64,000 nucleotides of DNA from Octopus sinensis (GCF_006345805.1 NC_043011.1:42792464-42856463), one strand, 5' to 3'; numbered from the stretch's first letter, positions 13,070 through 28,570 are shown. Numbers and translations are program-made. Notes: generated from the sequence alone by a model not told the origin.

Positions 13070-13447
13070 CCAATAAAAGAAACCGGACGCTATTGACAGC
13101 CAATGTCTCCGGAAAATACTTAGCATCATATGGAACGATTTTATCTGCAACGAGGTAAGTAGACGAGCAGACCAACGTCTAATGTTCACGACCATTTGAA
13201 GCGCCGACTGATTTGGCTGGGACATGTCGTGAGACTCAATATGAATAGACTCATCAAAAGTAGAATCCTAAGAATCGCCGGCAGAAAGGATGTCCCTAGA
13301 TAAGCGGGCACAAGATGATCGATATGGACCTTAAACTAATAAACCTACGATGGAATGATGTGCTGGGAATAGCTGCTAACCGATTCTGCAAGAATACTTG
13401 GACTGCCTCGTGCGTCGCCGGATGCGGGGCACCTAAGTCTAGGTAGA
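13070..13447 (+). mobile_element. RTE-clade LINE 3' fragment
   Basis: AIDSQCLRKILSIIWNDFICNEV...RRLIWLGHVVR (frameshifted); ends cacctaagtctaggtag. Confidence 0.7.
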
Positions 13448-14576
13448 AACTATCAGTGGAAGAGGGTTTGTTATAGTCAGACTAAAGACCTGTTCTGAAT
13501 ATTTGCAGCAGAATAGACTTTGCTAAAGACACTCAAGAACCATGTGATGATGTTAAACTTAGTGACAAATCAAGCCTATCACCCGTAAAATGGCAATGGA
13601 GAAAACATGACCTGCTAGAAGTAGTAGCCAAATCTCTTCCGAATAACACCCTAACAATTTTAAAAAATCAAAACTTAACCTTTAGAAAGGTAAAATCTAA
13701 AGAAAATTTTCTTTAGATTTTGCCTTTCTAAAAATTAAGTTTTAATTTTTTAAAATTATTAAGGTGTTATCTTGTTTAAAGTCATTACCTGATCTTAAGA
13801 TTCTTTTAGAGGAGTCCCCAATGTCGTAAGCAACACAACCAGGCTTCTGGTTTGGGCATACCGTCTTTTCTGCCACAGGCCGTGCAGAATTTCACAAGTA
13901 CTATTTTCTCTCTTGCCTGAGTGATTAAAATATTGGGTAATATAATCTGTGATACAATATGTCTGAACAACGAAAAATTAGACAAAAAAACAAACTGTGA
14001 TTGTCACGAATGGAACACTTTTGATTATACATGTACTAGATTAGTAACTGGCCTAGAACTAAACAACCACAATAACTACTAATTTGTTATATCTATAATT
14101 AAAATTATGTATAGATGCCAGCAAATCATAAATGGACCTACCCTCTGTTATATTTATGTTGTTTATAATTTCCTACAATTCACTTACTTTATTAAATTTA
14201 TTGATTATTTTCAAAAATTCTATTTAATCTTTTCTGCCATAAACAACGTTTTTTTTTATTATTTTCTTTCCTGGTTTATGTCACTCTTTACTTTAATAAA
14301 TATTGTTTACTAATTTTCTTTTTCATTAGGAATGTTCTGGAAGATAGCCTAATCTAAGAACATTATCTATTTGATCGTCTAACTTTAAATGTTCCAAGTT
14401 ATTTTTCTTTTACATGAAAATTTGTTTAGCTTTAGCTTTTAGCTTTTATGTTTGTGTGTATGCGTGTGTTTGTGTGTGTGCGTGTATATGTATGTATGTA
14501 TGTATGTGTATGTATATATATATATATGTCTCTATATATATGTTTGTGTGTATATATGTATATATATGTATATATG

Positions 14577-14618
<42 letters not shown>

Positions 14619-14660
14619 CACACATATATAACAAGGTTATATATATATGTGTGTGTATGA

Positions 14661-14692
<32 letters not shown>

Positions 14693-14949
14693 TCGCTGTC
14701 ACTAACTATTGCCTAATTATATATGCCTGCTTAAATTTTGTATCAACAAAATATAAAATGTCAACTATGATATCGCAGGTATGGTTGTGTAGTTAACTTT
14801 TATATGTTAATATAAAACTATTATACATCTTCAAGTTCGTTTCCACTGCGTGACGCTTTGAGTTAATTTTTTTCTACCACACACTTGGGTCTTCCAGATC
14901 TTGTGAGTAAAATATTTGGTAACAAGTGCAGAATAACGTCGGCACTCTC

Positions 14950-15361
14950 TTTACTCTTTTTTTACTCTTTTTACTTGCTTCAGCCATTTGACTGCGGCCA
15001 TGCTGGAGCACTGACTTTAGTCGAGCAAATCGACCCCGGGACTTATTCTTTGGAAGCCCAGTACTTATTCTATCGGTCTCTTTTTGCCGAGCCGCTAAGT
15101 GACGGGGACATAAACACACCAGCATCGGTTGTCAAACAATGCTAGGGGGACAAACACAGGTAGACAAACACACACATACATACATATACATATATACGAC
15201 GGGCTTCTTTCAGTTTCCGTCTACCAAATCCACTCACAAGGCTTTGGTCGGGCCCGAAGCTATAGTAGAAGACACTTGCCCAAGGTGCCACGCCGTGGGA
15301 CTGAACCCGGAACCATGTGGTTGGTAAACAAGCTACTTACCACACAGCCACTCCTGCGCCT
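14950..15361 (-). mobile_element. SINE A, full length, young
   Basis: Near-consensus copy with (AAAGAGT)-type tail. Confidence 0.92.
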
Positions 15362-15717
15362 ATATGTTTATATAGCTATCAGTCTTGCATAGTTATATTT
15401 TATGGATACATAGTAATTTGAAAATATCTATTTACTCTATCTGCCATGAGAAATGCACTGTGAAATTTTCATAAAAAGTGTTCTGTTATTGTATCGGCTA
15501 TGATATTAAGCTGTGATGTGCATTCAGATTGTATGTAATCGGAGAAGAAAGAAGTCAGGAGACATACAATACGGCATGGACATCAGAAATTTCTTAATGA
15601 AATATATCATGCACAGTTTGCTCAATGGAAACGTTGTGACATGCCATAACCAAAACAACGACGACCACCACAAGAACAACAGCAACATCAACAACAAGAG
15701 AAAAAAAATAATACTCT

Positions 15718-15928
15718 TTCCTAGTATAGGCACGGGCTTGAAATTTTGAGGAGGAGGAGGAGGGGTTGGGCAATTACATCGATTGCAATACTTAACTGCG
15801 TATCTTATTTATAGTACATATTTTATTGACTCCGAAAGAATGAAAGAAAAAGTCAATCTCGGCGGAATTTGATTTAGAACGGAGAAATGCATGAAACATT
15901 TCGTCCGGCACGCAAACAATTCTACTAG
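15718..15928 (-). mobile_element. SINE D2, diverged
   Basis: ggcacgggcttgaaatttt...gactccgaaagaatgaaag...tcggcggaattt. Confidence 0.7.
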
Positions 15929-15939
15929 ATTGCCACCTA

Positions 15940-15991
<52 letters not shown>

Positions 15992-16008
15992 TAATAATAA
16001 TAATGATA

Positions 16009-16527
16009 AGGCTACAGCAAATGTTCTGCTCAACTGTTATCATGTACGTTGTTTTGTCTTGGTATAAAAGATGGACTACAGCAAATGCTCTGCTCAATAT
16101 CGCAGATTTTCTTGTCAGTTGCTGTACCTTAACTAGTTGAGCACGACCCTTAGCGGCTGACGATATATGCATCTCCGATCACGAGCAGAAATAGTTGGGA
16201 AGCATCATGTATTGAGAGGAATTATTTGGGGTTTGAATAATTCACCTCTGGAAACTTGGGTGTTTCGTTCAACATCCTTAAACAACCCTTATTCAGGAAC
16301 CTTTTTAGCGGGATGGGTTACTCGACCAGAACAAAATTCTAACTGGGCCCCACATGACTGCAAGGTCATGTGCTGTTTATCTTGATATGAGATCACCATG
16401 TCGCGCATATAGGTTTGTGATACATGTGCCTAGTGTACCCTTATCAGACGGGTAGTCATGATGGGTATACTGGGCTTCGTATATTTTACCCAATGTCACT
16501 TTGATGGCATTCACTGCTCTCTCACTC
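16009..16527 (+). mobile_element. family F copy within (AAT)n
   Basis: High similarity to 8580-9131; small duplication at the 5' end; (AAT)n on both sides. Confidence 0.85.
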
Positions 16528-16542
16528 AATAATAATAATAAC

Positions 16543-16600
<58 letters not shown>

Positions 16601-16775
16601 TATTTCTTTATTGCCCACAAGCGGCTAAACATAGAGGGGACAAACAAGGACAGACAATTACATCGACCCCAGTGTGAAACTGGTACTTTATTTATCGACC
16701 CCGAATGGATGAAAGGCAAAGTCGTCCCCGGCGGATTTTGAACTCAGAACGTAACGACAGACGGAATACCGCTTA
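16601..16775 (-). mobile_element. SINE D1, head truncated
   Basis: tatttctttattgcccacaagcggctaaacatagaggggacaaacaagg tail plus D body. Confidence 0.8.
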
Positions 16776-17465
16776 ATAACTTTTGAGGGGAGAGGCAAAT
16801 CAATTGAATCGAGTCCTGTGTGTGACTGGTATGTACTATATCCTTCCAGATAAATAAATGAATGAAATAAAATAAAAATTTAAAAAAGGATAGCGGCAAT
16901 CAATATTGGTAGACTAGCTACTACGCCATTCGTCAGCATGAGCCTCTTGAAATCATTTTCAAGGTCATATGAAATATCTCTCTGAGCCTGAGGAAAACGT
17001 AGATCAGGTTTCTCTTTCCTGCTCCTAGCCATATGACAAAAGAGTCTCCCTCATGACGTAGCTGAACTTATTTCTTTGATTGGAATTTGTTTTATGTCTA
17101 CGAATTATTATATACTGGATGCCAAAGTTGGAAAGATTTTTTTTGTTGCAAACGCTTTTATCCATATTAAAAAAACAAAACGTAAGAAAAGAAGAAATCT
17201 CATGTTTTTGTTGCAAAAAATTGTCTTTTTATTTTCACTGTTTATGTCTAGCTTCCTTTTTTCTTTTTGTTTTTTTTATGAGATTTCTGAGCCAATGCTT
17301 GTTTCATTGGCATGTATTACCAACTATTTCACCCAGTGGACGTAAAATTAATCAAGAAATTGCTGACGTTACTGAATCAATTCGGACAAATTGACACAAA
17401 AAAATTCTTAGATAAAAAAAAAAGAAAAAGAGTAGAGCGCTGTGAAAGGTATCTTTTCACAGTAA

Positions 17466-17509
<44 letters not shown>

Positions 17510-17562
17510 TGATGATAATAATAATAATAATAATAATAATGATAATAATAATAATAATAATG

Positions 17563-17647
<85 letters not shown>

Positions 17648-17741
17648 GCAACAACATGAACTTCCAACCTGTTGTCTCTTGAGGTCTCTGGGTGAGACTT
17701 GGAGCCAACTTGTACAAATATAAAGCAAAAGTCAAACATAG
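17648..17741 (+). mobile_element. short 3' end of a further (AAT)n-tailed retroelement
   Basis: Unique 94 bp with hairpin gtctc-tgggt-gagac, embedded between (AAT)n runs; family assignment inferred. Confidence 0.5.
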
Positions 17742-17758
17742 AATAATAATAATAATAT

Positions 17759-18216
17759 ATGGGCTACAGCAAATATTCTGCTCAATACCACAGATTTGCT
17801 TGTCAGTTGTTTGACCATAACCGGTTGAGCATGTCTCTTGGTGGTTGACAATATCTGCTTCTCTGATCCCGAGCAGAAGTAGTTGGGGAGCATCATAGGC
17901 ATGTATTGAGGAGAATTCTTTGGGGTTTGAATAATTCACTCCTGGAAACATGGGTGTTTTGTTCAACATCCATAAACAACCCTTATTCAAAGATTTTTTG
18001 AGCTGGATGGGCTACTCGACCTGGAGAATATCCTAACTGGGCCTCACCTGCAAGGTCATGCGCTTTTATCTTGATATGAGATCACCATACCACGCACATA
18101 TGCTTGTGATGCATGTGCCTGGTGAACCCTTATCGCACGGGTAGTCATGATGGGTATATTGGGTTTCGTATATTTTACACAGTATCACTTTGATGGCATG
18201 TGCTGCTCCATCACTC
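17759..18216 (+). mobile_element. family F copy, 5'-truncated, within (AAT)n
   Basis: Starts at gggctacagcaaatattctg; ends tcactc-(AAT)n. Confidence 0.85.
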
Positions 18217-18247
18217 AATAATAATAATAATAATAATAATAGTAATG

Positions 18248-18326
<79 letters not shown>

Positions 18327-18409
18327 GATTATGAGGATAATAATAATAATAATTTTAACTTTGTTACCAGCGCTCATTTATTCCTAAAATATGACGTATA
18401 TAGTTGTGT

Positions 18410-18762
18410 GAGGCGCAATGGCCCAGTGGTTAGGGCAGCGGACTCGCGGTTGTAGGATCGCGGTTTCGATTCCCAGACCGGGCGTTGTGAGTGTTTATTG
18501 AGCGAAAACACCTAAAGCTCCACGAGTCTCCGGCAGGGATGGTGGTGATCCCTGCTGTACTCTTTCACCACAACTTTCTCTCACTCTTACTTCCTGTTTC
18601 TGTTGTACCTGTATTTCAAAGGGCGGTCCTTGTCACTCTCTGTGAATATCCGAGAACTACGTTAAGGGTACACGTGTCTGTGGAGTGCTCAGCCACTTGC
18701 ACGTTAATTTCACGAGCAGATCAACCGGAACCCTCGTCGTCGTAACCGACGGAGTGCTTCCC
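18410..18762 (+). mobile_element. SINE B, tail X
   Basis: 12-bp TSD atatagttgtgt at 18398-18409 and 18763-18774; two small internal deletions relative to 7059-7447. Confidence 0.92.
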
Positions 18763-19283
18763 ATATAGTTGTGTTGCAAAGTGCGTACATACACACACAG
18801 ACACACATACGCATAACACACACACACACACACACATCACCTCTCTCTTATTCCCGCTACCAAACAAGGACACTCTTATATTTGTATCTATACACTCATC
18901 TCTTTATTCTCAACTCATCTCTACCTGGTTCCACCTGCATTTCTAGAAACATTTCCACCTGGTTCGTAGAACAGCATTCCCACCCTTTTCTACATCGTCT
19001 GTTTTTCTATTTTAATTTATCTATACATTCTTCTGCTGAAGGATTAACATGCGAAACGTAAAAACTCTTTAGCTTTCCTTTACGACGTTAAGCTAGTAGC
19101 TTATTTATAAACATTTGCATTTGTACTACATTTGTACTCTTATTCTGATATACATTCAGACATATGTATATACACGCATACGTATATTCATACGTACGTA
19201 TATTGACGCATACATACGTTCCGGCAGACACAGACAGACATACGCACACACATACACATACACACACACACATGCACATACTT

Positions 19284-19336
<53 letters not shown>

Positions 19337-20109
19337 TATAGAGACGGACAAACGAAAGGAGAAAAAATACTAAATATAATATTAAAACGTTAGAAATGTC
19401 TTAATTACGCAAAATAATTTCATAAATATATAAATAAGGAAATAATAACAATAACAATAATAATAATAATAATAATAATAGTGAGAAGAAGAAGAAGAAG
19501 AAGAAGAAGAAGAAGAAGAAGAAGAAGAAGAAGAAGATGAAGATAGAGGAGGAGGAGGAGAGATTTGAATTTATTTTGATAATGATAGTTCTAATAATAT
19601 GATACATTAATTAAACGAACAAAAAAATTAACAAAATCCGAAATAATTAAGATGTACAAAATTAGACAGAAAGGACGTCTATAGATATCTCAATAAATAC
19701 TTAATTACATATGTATTTATAATAATTGTAATTTAATTATTATATTTAATCTCATTGCTTAATTTAGGTTTTTACGCAACAGTTTTCTGAAAAAGTTTTG
19801 ATTTCTTCTGACAAGGCCCAAGGCCAAATCGATTAGATAGATTGTAGTGTAATTAGTTATACATATAATTATTGATTGCGGAATGATAAAAGCAAAAGAC
19901 AACGTTGAGAAGGAAAGTATGTATGTGGAGTTAATTACTGCTGTAAGACAATATAGCTCGGCGCTTTGCTAGTTTTGCTGACATTTCGTTGATTTGATGC
20001 TGATTGTTGTTGTTATTGTTGTACTTTAGCTACAGGTTATCCCTTACCATCCGAATCAGTAATCAAAGGTGTTGTAGCTAAGGTATTGCTTTGTAGGTAT
20101 TTTGTTTAT

Positions 20110-20301
20110 TCTTTTACTTTTTTGCTTGTTTCAGTCATTTGACTACTGCGGCCTTACTGGAGCAGCGCCTTTTAGTCGAGCAAATCGATCCCAGGACTTA
20201 TTCTTTGTAAGCCTAGTATTTAGTCTATCGGTCTCTTTTGCCGAACCGGTTGTCAAGCGATGCTGGGGGACAAATACAAACACACAAAAATATACACACA
20301 A

Positions 20302-20354
<53 letters not shown>

Positions 20355-20490
20355 CAATATATACGACGGGCCTCTTTCAGTTTGCGTCTACCAAATCCAC
20401 TCACAAGGCTTTGGTCGGCCCGAGGCTATAGTGGAAGACACTTACCCAAGGTACCACGCAATGGGATTGAACCCAGAACCATGTGGTTGA
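20110..20490 (-). mobile_element. SINE A with internal deletion and truncated head
   Basis: ccgaaccg joins directly to gttgtcaag (about 33 bp missing). Confidence 0.85.
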
Positions 20491-20584
20491 TAATGTTTCT
20501 TGAACCGTAGGACTGAAAATGCTGCCCACCTGCCTTCCAGAGAATGTATTTCTCTCCTGAACAATACGCCGGTCCGTTGTAGGG

Positions 20585-20790
20585 TTTAAAGTCTGTAATT
20601 TTGGGGAGAACGGACAAGTCGATTTTATCTACCCCACTACTTGAGTGTCACCTTATTTTATCAATCCCGAAGAAATTAAAAGCAAAATTAACCTCAGCAA
20701 GATTTCATCTCAAAACGTAAAGAGCCAGAAGTGACGCTAAGCAATATGTCCGACCTGCCAACAATTCTGCTAGCTTGCCGTCCTATAGTG
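20585..20790 (-). mobile_element. SINE D2, diverged
   Basis: ttttatcaatcccgaagaaattaaaagcaaaattaacctcagcaagatt...aacaattctgctagcttgccg. Confidence 0.65.
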
Positions 20791-21425
20791 CATTGTACGG
20801 GACTGCCTCTTTTACTTCTATATCTACTGGGTCAAGCAAAGTAGATTCTTGTAGTTCAGAGAAGCGAAAAGGAAGCGGAAATTATATTCTAGCTTCGTAC
20901 CTCAACTGCGCTAAATCTGTCTGCTCCCAGAAAGCATGATTAAACGTTAGAGAAATATAGTGAATGTCACAACATCTTATTTCTTATGTTCCAAGATATA
21001 GAGGAATTATAGGTAGTTATAGGAAGCAAACATTTCACGATCTGCTCTGTAAAATAAAGAGGCAAATTCTTAGCGAAACGAACCTGTAACATGGTTTCAA
21101 GTCACTACTGAAGCTAATTTCTTTCAAATTATATAAAAACAAGGCTATGTCATTTAGAAATTTGCTTCATAAGTACGTGCTCATGACCGTTACATAAATA
21201 TACATGCAAACAAGAAGCAAAAACAGAAAACATACCTTCTCTCTCTCTTTTTCTCTGTCAATCACTCATACATTCACTCACTACAAAAAGTAAATAAAAA
21301 ATTCAGTTAGCTCTCTCTCAATCATGCACACACACATACACACCAGCACCATTGCTCTCTCTGTCTCTTTATACACACTGACAAAACTTCACATACACAC
21401 CACACTTTCTATCTCGCACAGCCAA

Positions 21426-21459
<34 letters not shown>

Positions 21460-21878
21460 CAATTCCTCCGCTTCACGACGACTTCAAAAGATAGTCCCAC
21501 TCCACAAAGAGGTGAAAGAAGAGAGACAGCATAGCGAAAGTTTTGGCCGACTGTCATCCTGTACTCCCCTTGTTACTAGTGAAATGGTATATGCCGGCTG
21601 TGTGAGCAACTGGTTATTTTAATGGTGGCACAAACAGGGGAATTCCATTTGAAAAAGTTTTAATCGATTTTCTCAGTAAGTATGGGGGCTAGGAAAAAAA
21701 TGCAAACTGCATTCCAATCTATGCACCCGTCTCCTCATATGTGCCATTTTTCACGCGAATGCACCCAGCTGTTTGGCTGTGAACCTCAAGACAAGAAAGA
21801 ATACAACGATCGTCCATGTCCAATTTATATTATATTATATTGTATATATATATATATCTATCTATCTATCTATCTATC

Positions 21879-21976
<98 letters not shown>

Positions 21977-22065
21977 CATATATATAATATATAAATATAT
22001 GCATATATGCATATATACATGCATATATATAATATATAAATATATGTATATATACATACATATAT

Positions 22066-22400
22066 GGGTACAATGTGAAGCGAAAACATAAAAAGCAAAT
22101 ACATAGAAAACGAACTTTTTTCAAACAACGAAAAAAACAAACAGAGGAACGAGACATGAAACATAAAGAACCTTCCCTTCATCAGTTGTCCCCTGTTTTA
22201 TCTACTCCGCATTTCGAAGGTAAAGAAAATACGCGACTTCGTTAAAACACTTCTTCCCGCAACTCAAATTAAATAACATTTGGGATTTTTTGCGGAGGGT
22301 GAAAGTGGTAACAAAAACAGGACAGTGAGAACAAAGTAGTAAAAACAAACGGTGAGGGCGGTTAAGCCAAGATGATGTGAAAATTATTTTCTAATCGCTG
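22066..22400 (-). mobile_element. unclassified (TA)n-adjacent repeat, possibly Penelope pLTR-like
   Basis: Abuts (TA)n; reverse strand has caactgatgaagggaagg; single copy here, so classification is inferred. Confidence 0.35.
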
Positions 22401-22776
22401 CCATCCGCTGCTGAAGGAAAAACGAAATCTAAATTCAATAACTGCTATAGAATTTCCTTAATTCTTCCACTATGGAGCAATCAACCATTAGTATTTTTTT
22501 AGTTTACTCCTTAGCCTTTCGATGAATTGGTAACTACTAATATCTTTGATTAAAATATATTTTTTTTTATTTCTGTCACTGCGATGACGGAATAGTTTGC
22601 TTACGTGGAAATCTCTACTCAATAACATTTGATCCACATGCTTCGCTATTCTAGAAACAGCTGTAAGAAACTGTAATACTTATTACTATAACTACTCTGC
22701 ACTATGTTTAAAGCATAAATGAAATGTTGTAACATGATACCATATGTTCGGCTTGCTCATTTTCTGTTTCTAATGT

Positions 22777-22820
<44 letters not shown>

Positions 22821-23944
22821 AGAAAACAGGTACGATGTTCAATGCTTTATAGGACATGCAAGCATTTCAACAAAATGCGGTAATAATTGCATAACATTTT
22901 TGAAAACATTATGCATCTTGTATTTTACCTCATCAGTGTTCTGCAATAGAGTGAAGTGCAAGATTCCATAATTATTCTGCAACTGTTATGTAATTATTAC
23001 GGAATTTTGCTGAAACACATGTGTTTTATAAGACATTGAACACCATACCTATTTTCTGTATATCATTTCTATTTCTATTTGTCCCGTATTCTATACACAA
23101 GCCAATTCTCAAATTGATGTGCCGCGTCGTACAACACTGGATATTGAAATGGAATCTGGAACCCAAAACTGATCCCGTTCTTTGGTTACGTGTCATGCAT
23201 AGTACCTTTTTTTTTAGATATATACGTACATGCATACGTACACAAACACAAGTACGCACATATACTTAAAGCCACAAAGATATTCTCTACCGTCTACTTA
23301 CATTTGCCCTTCTCGGGTTTTCCTTAATATTCTCGCTCACAACTCCTATCATATATTCCTTCTCTGTTACACCATTCAACACAACTCCAGATGTTCCAGA
23401 AAGCTTCACCACTTTTTTCTCCCTCACTCCCTTTTTGTCTTTTCATTCTTTCTCATTTCTCCCATCTCAGCCCTTTATTACTTTACACACTATATTCTTC
23501 TGTCCCATTTCACGACTTTTTTTTCTGCCATTCTCCGCTGTATATCTCCCAGTATTTCTCCATTTTTCTCAGTTCAGTGTTTGTCTCTCTCCACATCCCA
23601 TCTTCCTCGCATACTCTTCAGTCGTCACAATTTCTCCACTATTCTAGGATGTCTCTCCTCTAACCCTCTTCTACTATTTCATCACGTCTGTTTTATCACA
23701 CCACAGCCCTTGCTTTTCTTTCTCCTTCTTCTCCCCACTTTTTCTTAGTTTTCTATATTCTTAAATCCAGCTGTCTGAAGGTAAATGCGAATCTTTCCTT
23801 CCGTTCCATTAATATTTGCAAACTGTGCAGATGGAATCGTAGAATTGTCAGAGGGCTCGAATATATGCGTGTGTATGTGCATGTGTAAATGTGTTTGTGT
23901 ACCTGTGCTTGCATGCGTATGCGTGAAACCATTAAAGATATACT

Positions 23945-24387
23945 TCCTGGAAAACGAGAAAGATATCCAATATTCTACACATGGTTCGCGTCATACGCGG
24001 GTATTAACTTGCTATTCCAAACCGCGGCATCAAGGGCTATACCGATGCCGGAACTGATCATCACTGTATAGTCCAGAGATCCCATCGTCCTCATCGAAAA
24101 TTATGACCATACACTGCAGAAAACTAGGGCTCAAAGTCCACAACTTTTTAATATTTTGCCAAAAATCAGAAATTTACATGGTGTGAATGTAGATGGATTG
24201 AAGAAGCTTCTGGGTAGCCTTCCATTTTCGTTTCTGGACGAACCAACGCCATAGTAAGAAGCACATCTAAAGACAGTGGTAACAAACTCCCATATTCGCC
24301 AAAAATTAAACACTGTTGAAGCAGTACCAATTGTTTAAGTAGTGCTCCAGGATGGCTACAGCCAGCAATCTGAAACTAATAAAAAAA
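23945..24387 (+). mobile_element. CR1-clade LINE 3' fragment, old
   Basis: KRERYPIF, IPNRGIKGYTDAGTDHHCIV and SPQLFNILPKIRNLHGVNVD are collinear with the CR1 at 42280-43320. Confidence 0.8.
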
Positions 24388-24398
24388 TGAAGGAAAAA

Positions 24399-24488
<90 letters not shown>

Positions 24489-25559
24489 GCTAGCTAGCTA
24501 GCTAGCTAGCTAGATAGATAGATAAATAAATAGATACCTACCTAGCTACCCACCTACCTACCTGCTTGCCTACCCACTTACCTACCTACCTGCCTGCCTG
24601 TCTGTCTACCTGTATTTATTGATCTATCCATCTTTCTCTCACTCACTCATTCTCTCTCTCACACACTCTGTATCTATATATCTAGTTATCTATCCATCTA
24701 TACATCCATCCATCCATCTGTCTATCTGTCTTTCTATCGGTCGGTCGGTCGGTCTGTCGGTCAGTCGGTCTGTCGGTCAGTCTGTCGGTCGGTCCATCGA
24801 TTTGCTGATGTAGCTCTTCCGGCGGAAGAATGAAAAGTAAAACATCTACCCCAACGCAATAGATTCCCCCCTCCACCTTCATTCTTCTGTCGGAGTAGAT
24901 CGATTAAAATACCAGTAATACACTACGATTTCTTTTCAATTGATAGTCATTTTCCATCGATTATGCAATTCCCCCTGAACATTTCTTATTCTTGTACCAA
25001 TACAAAATAAATCAATATTACTATTAATTCAACCATACATACATATATATAAATGTGAGCAACGAATACGTACTCTTTCACATTTCAAAACTTCCTCATT
25101 TCATCTCTCTTTCGTTTCCTATGTTCTTCTCTCTTTCTCCATAGATTCATGTATTCCATTCCACCATCTCCACTACCCACGTTCTCTCTCGTCCTCTTTT
25201 TCTCTCTTCCTCTGTTTGTTTTTATATATTTCGTTTCTCTGATGATTGTTTTTGTTATCGCTGTTGTTGTTAGTGAGGGATGTTGTTTAACCTTACCTTT
25301 CTCACACAAATCAAACTTCATCCAACAGGGGTCTATGACCGTAAGTATTCCAACCACGAGCATCAATTCTCTTTAGGTGTATGTAAGGAACTAGATTATC
25401 TAAAACTCTCCTTCTTGTGTCTTTTAGATGGTAGTTGGGGATTTAAAGGGCATTCGACTGCTATTTTTAGCTTATCAAATGACCGCGTAGACGGCTTTCC
25501 CGTTTGCTTGCTTTCTCATGTCTACTTCATACACCCGCGCAACTTTCTTCACTCTTGCC

Positions 25560-26260
25560 ACCCACTCATTCTGACACCCACTCCTTCACTCACTTGCCTA
25601 CGTACTCACTCACTCACTCACTCACTCACTCACACAGTCACACACTCTCTCACTCACACACTCACTCACTCACACACTCACTCACACTCTCACTCACTCA
25701 CTCACTCACTCACTCACTCACTCACTCACTCACTCACTCACTCATTCACTCACACTGCTTCTCATTTATTTACACACACTCTCACTCACTCACTCACTCA
25801 CTCACTCACTCACTCACTCACTCACTCACTCACTCACTCACTTACTCACTCACTCATTCACCCACACTGCTTCTCATTTATTTACACACCCTCTCACTCA
25901 CTCACTCAGTCATGCACTTCCTCCCTTTCGCACTCACTCAATCACTCATGCACTCTCTCCCTCTCTCTTTCACTCACTCAGTAATTCATGCATTCTCTCA
26001 CTCACTAACTAATTCATGCACTCTCTCACTCACTCACACACCCTATCATGCACTCTCTCTCTCTCTCTCTCACTCATGCACTACCATTCTCTATCTCTCA
26101 CTCACTCACCCACACTCTCTCTTCCTCCCTCCCTCATTAACATACTAATTCACCCACTCACACACACTCTCTCTCCTTCCCCGTCTCTCTTCCTCCACTT
26201 TCCTCCCTCTTCGCTCGCTCACACACACACACACACTGACCCACCCACCCACTCACTCCC
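25560..26260. repeat. (CACT)n compound satellite with ~112-bp higher-order duplication
   Basis: cacactgcttctcatttatttacacac occurs at about 25750 and 25862; tcatgcactctct units recur. Confidence 0.9.
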
Positions 26261-26576
26261 TCCCTCACTCGTTCACATTTACTTTCTTCTCCGCTCTCTT
26301 TTTTTTTTCTTTCACTATTTTAGCTTATTATCGATCTGATAGGCGTTTCAATATTATTACATACACGACTCAATGGCGACTATGTACCCGTTTAGTCTCG
26401 TAAAGATTGTTTTATTAGCCAACGTAGCCGCCCACAAGCTGAGAATGACTGATAGTGACTAATCATTTCGTAATAAATGTTTAAACCTATTCGCTAAGCA
26501 GTGCTGAAACTAACTGGCTTTGAACATTGAGATTTTTATCTTACATTCATAATGACATACACACTTATAGACATGC

Positions 26577-26673
<97 letters not shown>

Positions 26674-26678
26674 CCTAC

Positions 26679-26758
<80 letters not shown>

Positions 26759-26777
26759 TTATCTATCTATCTATCTA
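26577..26777. repeat. (ATCT)n microsatellite
   Basis: Direct; similar tracts at 24398-24490, 36345-36590 and 55390-55510. Confidence 0.97.
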
Positions 26778-26975
26778 GCCATCGCGTTTTTTTCTCTCAT
26801 TATTCACGCTCTCTTTACATATACACACAAACACACAAACGCACGCACGCATGCACACATGTGCGCACGCACACACACATGCATGCACACACAGACACAG
26901 ACACAGACACGCACATATATACATGTATATAATGGCGGTAGCCCGGCATGACCGCAGCTCTCGAGCTCAAATTAG

Positions 26976-27024
<49 letters not shown>

Positions 27025-27079
27025 TATATATGTATATATGCATATATATACATATATGCATATATCTATATATGTATGC

Positions 27080-27113
<34 letters not shown>

Positions 27114-27239
27114 GTATATATATGCATATATATACATATATGCATATATATATGTATGCATATATATATATATACATATATATATGTACATGCATATATA
27201 TATTATGTATGCATATATATATACATATATATATTTACA

Positions 27240-27283
<44 letters not shown>

Positions 27284-27556
27284 CACATACATAGACTCAC
27301 AGGCACACATCCACACAAAAATATATATATGTTTATATATATATACACACATATACATGTGTAAATGATATCTAGCTAAATATATGCGTATGCATACATA
27401 ATTTATATGTTTATACATAACAGATAAATACAGAAGTATATACATAAAATTTGCAAAGTAATTTCAAGATACTAAATGAAGCGTGCTGCACTTTGGATCT
27501 ATATGCATAGATGTTTTTATTATATATTTTCACTACAAACACCCCTCCACATGTAC

Positions 27557-27589
<33 letters not shown>

Positions 27590-28570
27590 CACAATCATAC
27601 ACACACGTGCACCCGCATGGACGCACGCACACACAAATCTACTTATCGACCTAGCCATCTATCTATCAAGCCAGCAGACCAACCAGTATGCTAGCCAACC
27701 AGACCTCCAGCCAAACAACCAACCAGCCAGCCAGCAAGTTAGCTGCAGCGGAAAAGTAAAATAGTAAGAGAATCTAAAATTTACAATCAGGTAGGTAATG
27801 CACAAAACAAATTGTTATCGATGCTACAACTCAAATAATTTCAGTAAAAGCCGATACAACGATTGGCAAAGAATTGTCAATGATGAATGAGCTAACCTCG
27901 CCATTTTCCTAATTACAAAATGCAACTAGCTAAAGAGCAACTCGGAAAAAAAAGATAGAAAAAAAATGGCAGCGCTAGAGTTTAACCATTTTACTAATAA
28001 ATGCCATAGAAACAACCAGCATGTGACCGAGTTAATGATGGTTTACCAATATGTTCACTTGGTCTGCTAGAAAGAACAGTGACATCTTCCTCAAATCATA
28101 CCCTGGTTGTCATTAAACGAAAGAGAGGACTCTCTGGGGAATTAAGTTCTGGATTCATTATATTTGAATGAATAAAAGATGGGATGGTCACAGATGGAAT
28201 AGTTTTGATTATAGGGTTATACTTAGAGCTAACCTTGGTGGGTACACAATAGCAAAATCAACAACAAAAGCAGAAATCCTCACTCGAGCGATGTCACGTG
28301 GGAAGTCTATGTGGTCGGTAGATCTGCAAGAAATGGCAATCTTGGAAAAAGGGATGAGCCCTGTAGAAAATGCTGTCCTGGAAACATTCTATATGAGTAA
28401 AAGGCGGAACGGTCACAGTTGGAACATTTTTGATCATAGGTCTACTCGAGGAGAGGTAACCTGGGAGTAAATAGCAACAAAAATACTTACACGCGTCCGA
28501 AGTAAAGAGGGGTGGCCTGCAAGAAATAACAGTTACTTCTCTCTCAGATTGCATCCTGCCATCTTAAAAA

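Noticed and set aside
25280-26339. Long HSLT-repeat ORFs (234 and 214 aa)
   Set aside because: (CACT)n satellite.
27895-28015. Promoter-like motif cluster (inverted YY1-like cgccatttt and aaaatggcag; RFX-like tgccatagaaac)
   Set aside because: Short motifs expected by chance; no associated gene or conservation data.
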